Shown: in pieces, positions 27,601 to 41,700 of the stretch
Position numbering within the stretch: position 1 is the stretch's first letter
Layout of the letters: each line of letters begins with the position of its first letter
NCBI RefSeq assembly: GCF_009914755.1
Contig: NC_060937.1
Length of the DNA stretch: 64,000 nt
Strand: one strand, 5' to 3'
DNA from: the human T2T-CHM13v2.0 reference genome, Homo sapiens
The notes under the pieces: generated by a model
Told to the model about the DNA's origin: nothing
What the model saw: only the letters and a program-made list of their open reading frames with translations
The model's database searches: none
Made by a program: the position numbers and the translations under genes

Positions 27601-30243
27601 CTATCCAAATATCCACTTACAGTTTCTACAAAAAGAGTGTTTCCAAACTGCTGCATCAAAAGAGAGGTTCCACTCTGTTAGCTGAGTACACACATCACAA
27701 ACTTGTTTCTCAGAATCCTTCTGTCTCGTTTTTCTGGGAAGATATTTACTTTTTCACCGTAGGCATCAAAGCGCTCCAAATGTCCACATCCAGATACTCC
27801 AGAAAGAGTGTTTCAAACCTGCTCTATGAAAGGGAATCTTCAACTCTATGAGTTGAATGCAGACATCAGAAAGAAATTTCTGAGAATGCTGCTGTCTACC
27901 TTTTATTTGAATTCCCGCTTCCAACGAAATCCTCCAAGCTATCCAAATATCCACTTGCAGATTCCACAAAAAGAGTGTTTCAAAACTGCTCTCTATCAAT
28001 GGCAAAGTTCAACTCTGTTAGTTGAGGACACATATCACCAACAAGTTTCTGAGAATGCTTCTGTCTATTTTTTATGGGAAGATATTTCCTTTTTCACCGT
28101 AGGCGTCAAGGCGATCGAAATGTCCACTTCCACAAACTACAAAAAGAGTGTTTCAAACCTGCTCTATGAAAGGCCATGTTCATCTCTATGAGTCGAATGG
28201 AAATATCCGAAAGAAATTTCTGGGAATGCTGCTGTCTAGTTTTTATACGAATTCCCGCTTCCAACGAAATCCTCAAAGCAATCCAAATATCCACTTGCAG
28301 AATCCACAAAAAGAGTGTTTCAAAACTGCTCTATCAATAGAAAGGTTCAACTCTTTTAGTTGAGTACACACATCACAAACAAGTTTCTGAGAATGCTTCT
28401 GTCTGGCTTTTATTGGAAGACGTTTCCTTTTCACCAAAGGCATCAAAGCGCTCCAAATGTCCACTTCCAGATTCTTCCAAAAGAGTGTTTGAAACGTGCT
28501 CAAAGTAAGGGAATGTTCAACTCTGTGACTTGAATGCAGATATCACCAAGTAGTTTCTAATAGTGCTTCTGTCTAGATTTTAGATGATGATATTCCCGTT
28601 TCCAACGAAATCGTTAGAGCTATCCAAATATCCACTTACAGTTTCTACAAAAAGAGTGTTTCCAAACTGCTGCATCAAAAGAAAGGTTCAACTCTGTTAG
28701 TTGAGGACACACATCACAAAGAAGTTTGTGAGAATGCTTCTGTCTAGATTTTGTATGACCATATTCCCTTTTCCAGCGATATCATTAAAGCAATCTAAAT
28801 ATCCATTTGCAGAATCCACAAAAATAGAGTTTCAAAGCTGCTCTGTAAAAAGAAAGGTTCCACTCTGTTAGCTGAGTACACACATCACAAACTTGTTTCT
28901 GAGAATCCTTCTGTCTCGTTTTTATGGGAAGATATTTACTTTTTCACCGTAGGCATCAAAGCGCTCCAAATGTCCACATCCAGATACTCCAGAAAGAGTG
29001 TTTCAAATCTGCTCTATGAAAGGGAATCTTCAACTCTATGAGTTGAATGCAGACATCAGAAAGAAATTTCTGAGAATGCTGCTGTCTACCTTTTATTTGA
29101 ACTCCCGCTTCCAACGAAATCCTCCAAGCTATCCAAATATCCACTTGCATTTTCCACAAAAAGAGTGCTTCAAAACTGCTCTATCAATAAATGTTCAACT
29201 CCTTTAGCTGGGTGCACACATCACAAACAAGTTTCTGAGAATGCTTCTGTCTAGTTTTTATGGGAAGACATTCCCTTTTTCACCAAAGGCATCAAAGCGC
29301 TCCAAATGTCCACTTCCAGACACTACAAAAAGAGTGTTTCCAACGTGCTCTAAGAAAGCGAATGTTCAACTCTGTGACTTGAATGCAGATATCACAAAGT
29401 AGTTTCTGAGAGGGCTTCTGTCTAGATTTTAGATGATGATATTCCCGTTTCCAACGAAATCATTAGAGCTATCCAAATATCCACTTACAGTTTCTACAAA
29501 AAGAGTGTTTCCAAACTGCTGCATCAAAAGAGAGGTTCCACTCTGTTAGCTGAGTACACACATCACAAACTTGTTTCTGAGAATCCTTCTGTGTCGTTTT
29601 TATGGGAAGATATTTACTTTTTCACCGTAGGCATCAAAGCGCTCCAAATGTCCACATCCAGATACTCCAGAAAGAGTGTTTCAAACCTGCTCTATGAAAG
29701 GGAATCTTCAACTCTATGAGTTGAATGCAGACATCAGAAAGAAATTTCTGAGAATGCTGCTGTCTACCTTTTATTTGAATTCCCGCTTCCAACGAAATCC
29801 TCCAAGCTATCCAAATATCCACTTGCAGATTCCACAAAAAGAGTGTTTCAAAACTGCTCTCTATCAATGGCAAAGTTCAACTCTGTTAGTTGAGGACACA
29901 TATCACCAACAAGTTTCTGAGAATGCTTCTGTCTATTTTTTATGGGAAGATATTTCCTTTTTCACCGTAGGCGTCAAGGCGATCGAAATGTCCACTTCCA
30001 CAAACTACAAAAAGAGTGTTTCAAACCTGCTCTATGAAAGGCCATGTTCATCTCTATGAGTCGAATGGAAATATCCGAAAGAAATTTCTGGGAATGCTGC
30101 TGTCTAGTTTTTATACGAATTCCCGCTTCCAACGAAATCCTCAAAGCAATCCAAATATCCACTTGCAGAATCCACAAAAAGAGTGTTTCAAAACTGCTCT
30201 ATCAATAGAAAGGTTCAACTCTTTTAGTTGAGTACACACATCA
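24638..30243 (-). repeat. Three 11-mer HOR units (1868, 1870, 1868 bp)
   Basis: Unit starts 24638, 26506, 28376. Confidence 0.93.
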
Positions 30244-33200
30244 CAAACAAGTTTCTGAGAATGCTTCTGTCTGGCTTTTATTGGAAGACGTTTCCTTTTC
30301 ACCAAAGGCATCAAAGCGCTCCAAATGTCCACTTCCAGATTCTTCCAAAAGAGTGTTTGAAACGTGCTCAAAGTAAGGGAATGTTCAACTCTGTGACTTG
30401 AATGCAGATATCACCAAGTAGTTTCTAATAGTGCTTCTGTCTAGATTTTAGATGATGATATTCCCGTTTCCAACGAAATCGTTAGAGCTATCCAAATATC
30501 CACTTACAGTTGCTACAAAAACAGTGTTTCCAAACTGCTGCATCAAAAGAAAGGTTCAACTCTGTTAGTTGAGGACACACGTCACAAAGAAGTTTGTGAG
30601 AATGCTTCTGTCTAGATTTTGTATGACGATATTCCCTTTTCCAACGATATCGTTAAAGCAATCTAAATATCCATTTGCAGAATCCACAAAAATAGAGTTT
30701 CAAAGCTGCTCTGTAAAAAGAAAGGTTCCACTCTGTTAGCTGAGTACACACATCACAAACTTGTTTCTCAGAATCCTTCTGTGTCGTTTTTATGGGAAGA
30801 TATTTACTTTTTCACCGTAGGCATCAAAGCGCTCCAAATGTCCACATCCAGATACTCCAGAAAGAGTGTTTCAAACCTGCTCTATGAAAGGGAATCTTCA
30901 ACTCTATGAGTTGAATGCAGACATCAGAAAGAAATTTCTGAGAATGCTGCTGTCTACCTTTTATTTGAATTCCCGCTTCCAACGAAATCCTCCAAGCTAT
31001 CCAAATATCCACTTGCAGATTCCACAAAAAGAGTGTTTCAAAACTGCTCTCTATCAATGGCAAAGTTCAACTCTGTTAGTTGAGGACACATATCACCAAC
31101 AAGTTTCTGAGAATGCTTCTGTCTATTTTTTATGGGAAGATATTTCCTTTTTCACCGTAGGCGTCAAGGCGATCGAAATGTCCACTTCCACAAACTACAA
31201 AAAGAGTGTTTCAAACCTGCTCTATGAAAGGCCATGTTCATCTCTATGAGTCGAATGGAAATATCCGAAAGAAATTTCTGGGAATGCTGCTGTCTAGTTT
31301 TTATACGAATTCCCGCTTCCAACGAAATCCTCAAAGCAATCCAAATATCCACTTGCAGAATCCACAAAAAGAGTGTTTCAAAACTGCTCTATCAATAGAA
31401 AGGTTCAACTCTTTTAGTTGAGTACACACATCACAAACAAGTTTCTGAGAATGCTTCTGTCTGGCTTTTATTGGAAGACGTTTCCTTTTCACCAAAGGCA
31501 TCAAAGCGCTCCAAATGTCCACTTCCAGATTCTTCCAAAAGAGTGTTTGAAACGTGCTCAAAGTAAGGGAATGTTCAACTCTGTGACTTGAATGCAGATA
31601 TCACCAAGTAGTTTCTAATAGTGCTTCTGTCTAGATTTTAGATGATGATATTCCCGTTTCCAACGAAATCGTTAGAGCTATCCAAATATCCACTTACAGT
31701 TTCTACAAAAAGAGTGTTTCCAAACTGCTGCATCAAAAGAAAGGTTCAACTCTGTTAGTTGAGGACACACGTCACAAAGAAGTTTGTGAGAATGCTTCTG
31801 TCTAGATTTTGTATGACGATATTCCCTTTTCCAACGATATCGTTAAAGCAATCTAAATATCCATTTGCAGAATCCACAAAAATAGAGTTTCAAAGCTGCT
31901 CTGTAAAAAGAAAGGTTCCACTCTGTTAGCTGAGTACACACATCACAAACTTGTTTCTCAGAATCCTTCTGTCTCGTTTTTATGGGAAGATATTTACTTT
32001 TTCACCGTAGGCATCAAAGCGCTCCAAATGTCCACATCCAGATACTCCAGAAAGAGTGTTTCAAACCTGCTCTATGAAAGGGAATCTTCAACTCTATGAG
32101 TTGAATGCAGACATCAGAAAGAAATTTCTGAGAATGCTGCTGTCTACCTTTTATTTGAATTCCCGCTTCCAACGAAATCCTCCAAGCTATCCAAATATCC
32201 ACTTGCAGATTCCACAAAAAGAGTGTTTCAAAACTGCTCTCTATCAATGGCAAAGTTCAACTCTGTTAGTTGAGGACACATATCACCAACAAGTTTCTGA
32301 GAATGCTTCTGTCTATTTTTTATGGGAAGATATTTCCTTTTTCACCGTAGGCGTCAAGGCGATCGAAATGTCCACTTCCACAAACTACAAAAAGAGTGTT
32401 TCAAACCTGCTCTATGAAAGGCCATGTTCATCTCTATGAGTCGAATGGAAATATCCGAAAGAAATTTCTGGGAATGCTGCTGTCTAGTTTTTATACGAAT
32501 TCCCGCTTCCAACGAAATCCTCAAAGCAATCCAAATATCCACTTGCAGAATCCACAAAAAGAGTGTTTCAAAACTGCTCTATCAATAGAAAGGTTCAACT
32601 CTTTTAGTTGAGTACACACATCACAAACAAGTTTCTGAGAATGCTTCTGTCTGGCTTTTATTGGAAGACGTTTCCTTTTCACCAAAGGCATCAAAGCGCT
32701 CCAAATGTCCACTTCCAGATTCTTCCAAAAGAGTGTTTGAAACGTGCTCAAAGTAAGGGAATGTTCAACTCTGTGACTTGAATGCAGATATCACCAAGTA
32801 GTTTCTAATAGTGCTTCTGTCTAGATTTTAGATGATGATATTCCCGTTTCCAATGAAATCGTTAGAGCTATAAAAATATCCACTTACAGTTTCTACAAAA
32901 AGAGTGTTTCCAAACTGCTGCATCAAAAGAAAGGTTCAACTCTGTTAGTTGAGGACACACGTCACAAAGAAGTTTGTGAGAATGCTTCTGTCTAGATTTT
33001 GTATGACGATATTCCCTTTTCCAACGATATCGTTAAAGCAATCTAAATATCCATTTGCAGAATCCACAAAAATAGAGTTTCAAAGCTGCTCTGTAAAAAG
33101 AAAGGTTCCACTCTGTTAGCTGAGTACACACATCACAAACTTGTTTCTCAGAATCCTTCTGTCTCGTTTTTATGGGAAGATATTTACTTTTTCACCGTAG

Positions 33201-33813
33201 GCATCAAAGCGCTCCAAATGTCCACATCCAGATACTCCAGAAAGAGTGTTTCAAACCTGCTCTATGAAAGGGAATCTTCAACTCTATGAGTTGAATGCAG
33301 ACATCAGAAAGAAATTTCTGAGAATGCTGCTGTCTACCTTTTATTTGAATTCCCGCTTCCAACGAAATCCTCCAAGCTATCCAAATATCCACTTGCAGAT
33401 TCCACAAAAAGAGTGTTTCAAAACTGCTCTCTATCAATGGCAAAGTTCAACTCTGTTAGTTGAGGACACATATCACCAACAAGTTTCTGAGAATGCTTCT
33501 GTCTATTTTTTATGGGAAGATATTTCCTTTTTCACCGTAGGCGTCAAGGCGATCGAAATGTCCACTTCCACAAACTACAAAAAGAGTGTTTCAAACCTGC
33601 TCTATGAAAGGCCATGTTCATCTCTATGAGTCGAATGGAAATATCCGAAAGAAATTTCTGGGAATGCTGCTGTCTAGTTTTTATACGAATTCCCGCTTCC
33701 AACGAAATCCTCAAAGCAATCCAAATATCCACTTGCAGAATCCACAAAAAGAGTGTTTCAAAACTGCTCTATCAATAGAAAGGTTCAACTCTTTTAGTTG
33801 AGTACACACATCA
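30244..33813 (-). repeat. Three 7-mer HOR units
   Basis: Unit starts 30244, 31434, 32624. Confidence 0.93.
32842..32858 (-). other. Mutated CENP-B box (C>T at 32854)
   Basis: TCCCGTTTCCAATGAAA; the core CpG is lost. Confidence 0.88.
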
Positions 33814-36800
33814 CAAACAAGTTTCTGAGAATGCTTCTGTCTGGCTTTTATTGGAAGACGTTTCCTTTTCACCAAAGGCATCAAAGCGCTCCAAATGTCC
33901 ACTTCCAGATTCTTCCAAAAGAGTGTTTGAAACGTGCTCAAAGTAAGGGAATGTTCAACTCTGTGACTTGAATGCAGATATCACCAAGTAGTTTCTAATA
34001 GTGCTTCTGTCTAGATTTTAGATGATGATATTCCCGTTTCCAACGAAATCGTTAGAGCTATCCAAATATCCACTTACAGTTTCTACAAAAAGAGTGTTTC
34101 CAAACTGCTGCATCAAAAGAAAGGTTCAACTCTGTTAGTTGAGGACACACATCACAAAGAAGTTTGTGAGAATGCTTCTGTCTAGATTTTGTATGACCAT
34201 ATTCCCTTTTCCAGCGATATCATTAAAGCAATCTAAATATCCATTTGCAGAATCCACAAAAATAGAGTTTCAAAGCTGCTCTGTAAAAAGAAAGGTTCCA
34301 CTCTGTTAGCTGAGTACACACATCACAAACTTGTTTCTCAGAATCCTTCTGTCTCGTTTTTATGGGAAGATATTTACTTTTTCACCGTAGGCATCAAAGC
34401 GCTCCAAATGTCCACATCCAGATACTCCAGAAAGAGTGTTTCAAACCTGCTCTATGAAAGGGAATCTTCAACTCTATGAGTTGAATGCAGACATCAGAAA
34501 GAAATTTCTGAGAATGCTGCTGTCTACCTTTTATTTGAATTCCCGCTTCCAACGAAATCCTCCAAGCTATCCAAATATCCACCTGCATTTTCCACAAAAA
34601 GAGCGTTTCAAAACTGCTCTATCAATAGAAATGTTCAACTCCTTTGGCTGGGTACACACATCACAAACAAGTTTCTGAGAATGCTTCTGTCTAGTTTTTA
34701 TGGGAAGACATTCCCTTTTTCACCAAAGGCATCAAAGCGCTCCAAATGTCCACTTCCAGACACTACAAAAAGAGTGTTTCCAACGTGCTCTAAGAAAGCG
34801 AATGTTCAACTCTGTGACTTGAATGCAGATATCACAAAGTAGTTTCTGAGAGGGCTTCTGTCTAGATTTTAGATGATGATATTCCCGTTTCCAACGAAAT
34901 CATTAGAGCTATCCAAATATCCACTTACAGTTTCTACAAAAAGAGTGTTTCCAAACTGCTGCATCAAAAGAGAGGTTCCACTCTGTTAGCTGAGTACACA
35001 CATCACAAACTTGTTTCTCAGAATCCTTCTGTCTCGTTTTTCTGGGAAGATATTTACTTTTTCACCGTAGGCATCAAAGCGCTCCAAATGTCCACATCCA
35101 GATACTCCAGAAAGAGTGTTTCAAACCTGCTCTATGAAAGGGAATCTTCAACTCTATGAGTTGAATGCAGACATCAGAAAGAAATTTCTGAGAATGCTGC
35201 TGTCTACCTTTTATTTGAATTCCCGCTTCCAACGAAATCCTCCAAGCTATCCAAATATCCACTTGCAGATTCCACAAAAAGAGTGTTTCAAAACTGCTCT
35301 CTATCAATGGCAAAGTTCAACTCTGTTAGTTGAGGACACATATCACCAACAAGTTTCTGAGAATGCTTCTGTCTATTTTTTATGGGAAGATATTTCCTTT
35401 TTCACCGTAGGCGTCAAGGCGATCGAAATGTCCACTTCCACAAACTACAAAAAGAGTGTTTCAAACCTGCTCTATGAAAGGCCATGTTCATCTCTATGAG
35501 TCGAATGGAAATATCCGAAAGAAATTTCTGGGAATGCTGCTGTCTAGTTTTTATACGAATTCCCGCTTCCAACGAAATCCTCAAAGCAATCCAAATATCC
35601 ACTTGCAGAATCCACAAAAAGAGTGTTTCAAAACTGCTCTATCAATAGAAAGGTTCAACTCTTTTAGTTGAGTACACACATCACAAACAAGTTTCTGAGA
35701 ATGCTTCTGTCTGGCTTTTATTGGAAGACGTTTCCTTTTCACCAAAGGCATCAAAGCGCTCCAAATGTCCACTTCCAGATTCTTCCAAAAGAGTGTTTGA
35801 AACGTGCTCAAAGTAAGGGAATGTTCAACTCTGTGACTTGAATGCAGATATCACCAAGTAGTTTCTAATAGTGCTTCTGTCTAGATTTTAGATGATGATA
35901 TTCCCGTTTCCAACGAAATCGTTAGAGCTATCCAAATATCCACTTACAGTTTCTACAAAAAGAGTGTTTCCAAACTGCTGCATCAAAAGAAAGGTTCAAC
36001 TCTGTTAGTTGAGGACACACATCACAAAGAAGTTTGTGAGAATGCTTCTGTCTAGATTTTGTATGACCATATTCCCTTTTCCAGCGATATCATTAAAGCA
36101 ATCTAAATATCCATTTGCAGAATCCACAAAAATAGAGTTTCAAAGCTGCTCTGTAAAAAGAAAGGTTCCACTCTGTTAGCTGAGTACACACATCACAAAC
36201 TTGTTTCTGAGAATCCTTCTGTCTCGTTTTTATGGGAAGATATTTACTTTTTCACCGTAGGCATCAAAGCGCTCCAAATGTCCACATCCAGATACTCCAG
36301 AAAGAGTGTTTCAAACCTGCTCTATGAAAGGGAATCTTCAACTTTATGAGTTGAATGCAGACATCAGAAAGAAATTTCTGAGAATGCTGCTGTCTACCTT
36401 TTATTTGAATTCCCGCTTCCAACGAAATCCTCCAAGCTATCCAAATATCCACCTGCATTTTCCACAAAAAGAGCGTTTCAAAACTGCTCTATCAATAGAA
36501 ATGTTCAACTCCTTTGGCTGGGTACACACATCACAAACAAGTTTCTGAGAATGCTTCTGTCTAGTTTTTATGGGAAGACATTCCCTTTTTCACCAAAGGC
36601 ATCAAAGCGCTCCAAATGTCCACTTCCAGACACTACAAAAAGAGTGTTTCCAACGTGCTCTAAGAAAGCGAATGTTCAACTCTGTGACTTGAATGCAGAT
36701 ATCACAAAGTAGTTTCTGAGAGGGCTTCTGTCTAGATTTTAGATGATGATATTCCCGTTTCCAACGAAATCATTAGAGCTATCCAAATATCCACTTACAG

Positions 36801-37553
36801 TTTCTACAAAAAGAGTGTTTCCAAACTGCTGCATCAAAAGAGAGGTTCCACTCTGTTAGCTGAGTACACACATCACAAACTTGTTTCTCAGAATCCTTCT
36901 GTCTCGTTTTTCTGGGAAGATATTTACTTTTTCACCGTAGGCATCAAAGCGCTCCAAATGTCCACATCCAGATACTCCAGAAAGAGTGTTTCAAACCTGC
37001 TCTATGAAAGGGAATCTTCAACTCTATGAGTTGAATGCAGACATCAGAAAGAAATTTCTGAGAATGCTGCTGTCTACCTTTTATTTGAATTCCCGCTTCC
37101 AACGAAATCCTCCAAGCTATCCAAATATCCACTTGCAGATTCCACAAAAAGAGTGTTTCAAAACTGCTCTCTATCAATGGCAAAGTTCAACTCTGTTAGT
37201 TGAGGACACATATCACCAACAAGTTTCTGAGAATGCTTCTGTCTATTTTTTATGGGAAGATATTTCCTTTTTCACCGTAGGCGTCAAGGCGATCGAAATG
37301 TCCACTTCCACAAACTACAAAAAGAGTGTTTCAAACCTGCTCTATGAAAGGCCATGTTCATCTCTATGAGTCGAATGGAAATATCCGAAAGAAATTTCTG
37401 GGAATGCTGCTGTCTAGTTTTTATACGAATTCCCGCTTCCAACGAAATCCTCAAAGCAATCCAAATATCCACTTGCAGAATCCACAAAAAGAGTGTTTCA
37501 AAACTGCTCTATCAATAGAAAGGTTCAACTCTTTTAGTTGAGTACACACATCA
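33814..37553 (-). repeat. Two 11-mer HOR units (1870 bp each)
   Basis: Unit starts 33814, 35684. Confidence 0.93.
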
Positions 37554-38743
37554 CAAACAAGTTTCTGAGAATGCTTCTGTCTGGCTTTTATTGGAAGACG
37601 TTTCCTTTTCACCAAAGGCATCAAAGCGCTCCAAATGTCCACTTCCAGATTCTTCCAAAAGAGTGTTTGAAACGTGCTCAAAGTAAGGGAATGTTCAACT
37701 CTGTGACTTGAATGCAGATATCACCAAGTAGTTTCTAATAGTGCTTCTGTCTAGATTTTAGATGATGATATTCCCGTTTCCAACGAAATCGTTAGAGCTA
37801 TCCAAATATCCACTTACAGTTGCTACAAAAACAGTGTTTCCAAACTGCTGCATCAAAAGAAAGGTTCAACTCTGTTAGTTGAGGACACACGTCACAAAGA
37901 AGTTTGTGAGAATGCTTCTGTCTAGATTTTGTATGACGATATTCCCTTTTCCAACGATATCGTTAAAGCAATCTAAATATCCATTTGCAGAATCCACAAA
38001 AATAGAGTTTCAAAGCTGCTCTGTAAAAAGAAAGGTTCCACTCTGTTAGCTGAGTACACACATCACAAACTTGTTTCTCAGAATCCTTCTGTCTCGTTTT
38101 TCTGGGAAGATATTTACTTTTTCACCGTAGGCATCAAAGCGCTCCAAATGTCCACATCCAGATACTCCAGAAAGAGTGTTTCAAACCTGCTCTATGAAAG
38201 GGAATCTTCAACTCTATGAGTTGAATGCAGACATCAGAAAGAAATTTCTGAGAATGCTGCTGTCTACCTTTTATTTGAATTCCCACTTCCAACGAAATCC
38301 TCCAAGCTATCCAAATATCCACTTGCAGATTCCACAAAAAGAGTGTTTCAAAACTGCTCTCTATCAATGGCAAAGTTCAACTCTGTTAGTTGAGGACACA
38401 TATCACCAACAAGTTTCTGAGAATGCTTCTGTCTATTTTTTATGGGAAGATATTTCCTTTTTCACCGTAGGCGTCAAGGCGATCGAAATGTCCACTTCCA
38501 CAAACTACAAAAAGAGTGTTTCAAACCTGCTCTATGAAAGGCCATGTTCATCTCTATGAGTCGAATGGAAATATCCGAAAGAAATTTCTGGGAATGCTGC
38601 TGTCTAGTTTTTATACGAATTCCCGCTTCCAACGAAATCCTCAAAGCAATCCAAATATCCACTTGCAGAATCCACAAAAAGAGTGTTTCAAAACTGCTCT
38701 ATCAATAGAAAGGTTCAACTCTTTTAGTTGAGTACACACATCA
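37554..38743 (-). repeat. Single 7-mer HOR unit
   Basis: 1190-bp spacing. Confidence 0.93.
38281..38297 (-). other. Mutated CENP-B box (G>A at 38285)
   Basis: TCCCACTTCCAACGAAA; also visible as R>H/A>V in the ORF track. Confidence 0.9.
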
Positions 38744-41700
38744 CAAACAAGTTTCTGAGAATGCTTCTGTCTGGCTTTTATTGGAAGACGTTTCCTTTTC
38801 ACCAAAGGCATCAAAGCGCTCCAAATGTCCACTTCCAGATTCTTCCAAAAGAGTGTTTGAAACGTGCTCAAAGTAAGGGAATGTTCAACTCTGTGACTTG
38901 AATGCAGATATCACCAAGTAGTTTCTAATAGTGCTTCTGTCTAGATTTTAGATGATGATATTCCCGTTTCCAACGAAATCGTTAGAGCTATCCAAATATC
39001 CACTTACAGTTTCTACAAAAAGAGTGTTTCCAAACTGCTGCATCAAAAGAAAGGTTCAACTCTGTTAGTTGAGGACACACATCACAAAGAAGTTTGTGAG
39101 AATGCTTCTGTCTAGATTTTGTATGACCATATTCCCTTTTCCAGCGATATCATTAAAGCAATCTAAATATCCATTTGCAGAATCCACAAAAATAGAGTTT
39201 CAAAGCTGCTCTGTAAAAAGAAAGGTTCCACTCTGTTAGCTGAGTACACACATCACAAACTTGTTTCTGAGAATCCTTCTGTCTCGTTTTTATGGGAAGA
39301 TATTTACTTTTTCACCGTAGGCATCAAAGCGCTCCAAATGTCCACATCCAGATACTCCAGAAAGAGTGTTTCAAACCTGCTCTATGAAAGGGAATCTTCA
39401 ACTTTATGAGTTGAATGCAGACATCAGAAAGAAATTTCTGAGAATGCTGCTGTCTACCTTTTATTTGAATTCCCGCTTCCAACGAAATCCTCCAAGCTAT
39501 CCAAATATCCACCTGCATTTTCCACAAAAAGAGCGTTTCAAAACTGCTCTATCAATAGAAATGTTCAACTCCTTTGGCTGGGTACACACATCACAAACAA
39601 GTTTCTGAGAATGCTTCTGTCTAGTTTTTATGGGAAGACATTCCCTTTTTCACCAAAGGCATCAAAGCGCTCCAAATGTCCACTTCCAGACACTACAAAA
39701 AGAGTGTTTCCAACGTGCTCTAAGAAAGCGAATGTTCAACTCTGTGACTTGAATGCAGATATCACAAAGTAGTTTCTGAGAGGGCTTCTGTCTAGATTTT
39801 AGATGATGATATTCCCGTTTCCAACGAAATCATTAGAGCTATCCAAATATCCACTTACAGTTTCTACAAAAAGAGTGTTTCCAAACTGCTGCATCAAAAG
39901 AGAGGTTCCACTCTGTTAGCTGAGTACACACATCACAAACTTGTTTCTCAGAATCCTTCTGTCTCGTTTTTCTGGGAAGATATTTACTTTTTCACCGTAG
40001 GCATCAAAGCGCTCCAAATGTCCACATCCAGATACTCCAGAAAGAGTGTTTCAAACCTGCTCTATGAAAGGGAATCTTCAACTCTATGAGTTGAATGCAG
40101 ACATCAGAAAGAAATTTCTGAGAATGCTGCTGTCTACCTTTTATTTGAATTCCCGCTTCCAACGAAATCCTCCAAGCTATCCAAATATCCACTTGCAGAT
40201 TCCACAAAAAGAGTGTTTCAAAACTGCTCTCTATCAATGGCAAAGTTCAACTCTGTTAGTTGAGGACACATATCACCAACAAGTTTCTGAGAATGCTTCT
40301 GTCTATTTTTTATGGGAAGATATTTCCTTTTTCACCGTAGGCGTCAAGGCGATCGAAATGTCCACTTCCACAAACTACAAAAAGAGTGTTTCAAACCTGC
40401 TCTATGAAAGGCCATGTTCATCTCTATGAGTCGAATGGAAATATCCGAAAGAAATTTCTGGGAATGCTGCTGTCTAGTTTTTATACGAATTCCCGCTTCC
40501 AACGAAATCCTCAAAGCAATCCAAATATCCACTTGCAGAATCCACAAAAAGAGTGTTTCAAAACTGCTCTATCAATAGAAAGGTTCAACTCTTTTAGTTG
40601 AGTACACACATCACAAACAAGTTTCTGAGAATGCTTCTGTCTGGCTTTTATTGGAAGACGTTTCCTTTTCACCAAAGGCATCAAAGCGCTCCAAATGTCC
40701 ACTTCCAGATTCTTCCAAAAGAGTGTTTGAAACGTGCTCAAAGTAAGGGAATGTTCAACTCTGTGACTTGAATGCAGATATCACCAAGTAGTTTCTAATA
40801 GTGCTTCTGTCTAGATTTTAGATGATGATATTCCCGTTTCCAACGAAATCGTTAGAGCTATCCAAATATCCACTTACAGTTTCTACAAAAAGAGTGTTTC
40901 CAAACTGCTGCATCAAAAGAAAGGTTCAACTCTGTTAGTTGAGGACACACATCACAAAGAAGTTTGTGAGAATGCTTCTGTCTAGATTTTGTATGACCAT
41001 ATTCCCTTTTCCAGCGATATCATTAAAGCAATCTAAATATCCATTTGCAGAATCCACAAAAATAGAGTTTCAAAGCTGCTCTGTAAAAAGAAAGGTTCCA
41101 CTCTGTTAGCTGAGTACACACATCACAAACTTGTTTCTGAGAATCCTTCTGTCTCGTTTTTATGGGAAGATATTTACTTTTTCACCGTAGGCATCAAAGC
41201 GCTCCAAATGTCCACATCCAGATACTCCAGAAAGAGTGTTTCAAACCTGCTCTATGAAAGGGAATCTTCAACTCTATGAGTTGAATGCAGACATCAGAAA
41301 GAAATTTCTGAGAATGCTGCTGTCTACCTTTTATTTGAACTCCCGCTTCCAACGAAATCCTCCAAGCTATCCAAATATCCACCTGCATTTTCCACAAAAA
41401 GAGCGTTTCAAAACTGCTCTATCAATAGAAATGTTCAACTCCTTTGGCTGGGTACACACATCACAAACAAGTTTCTGAGAATGCTTCTGTCTAGTTTTTA
41501 TGGGAAGACATTCCCTTTTTCACCAAAGGCATCAAAGCGCTCCAAATGTCCACTTCCAGACACTACAAAAAGAGTGTTTCCAACGTGCTCTAAGAAAGCG
41601 AATGTTCAACTCTGTGACTTGAATGCAGATATCACAAAGTAGTTTCTGAGAGGGCTTCTGTCTAGATTTTAGATGATGATATTCCCGTTTCCAACGAAAT

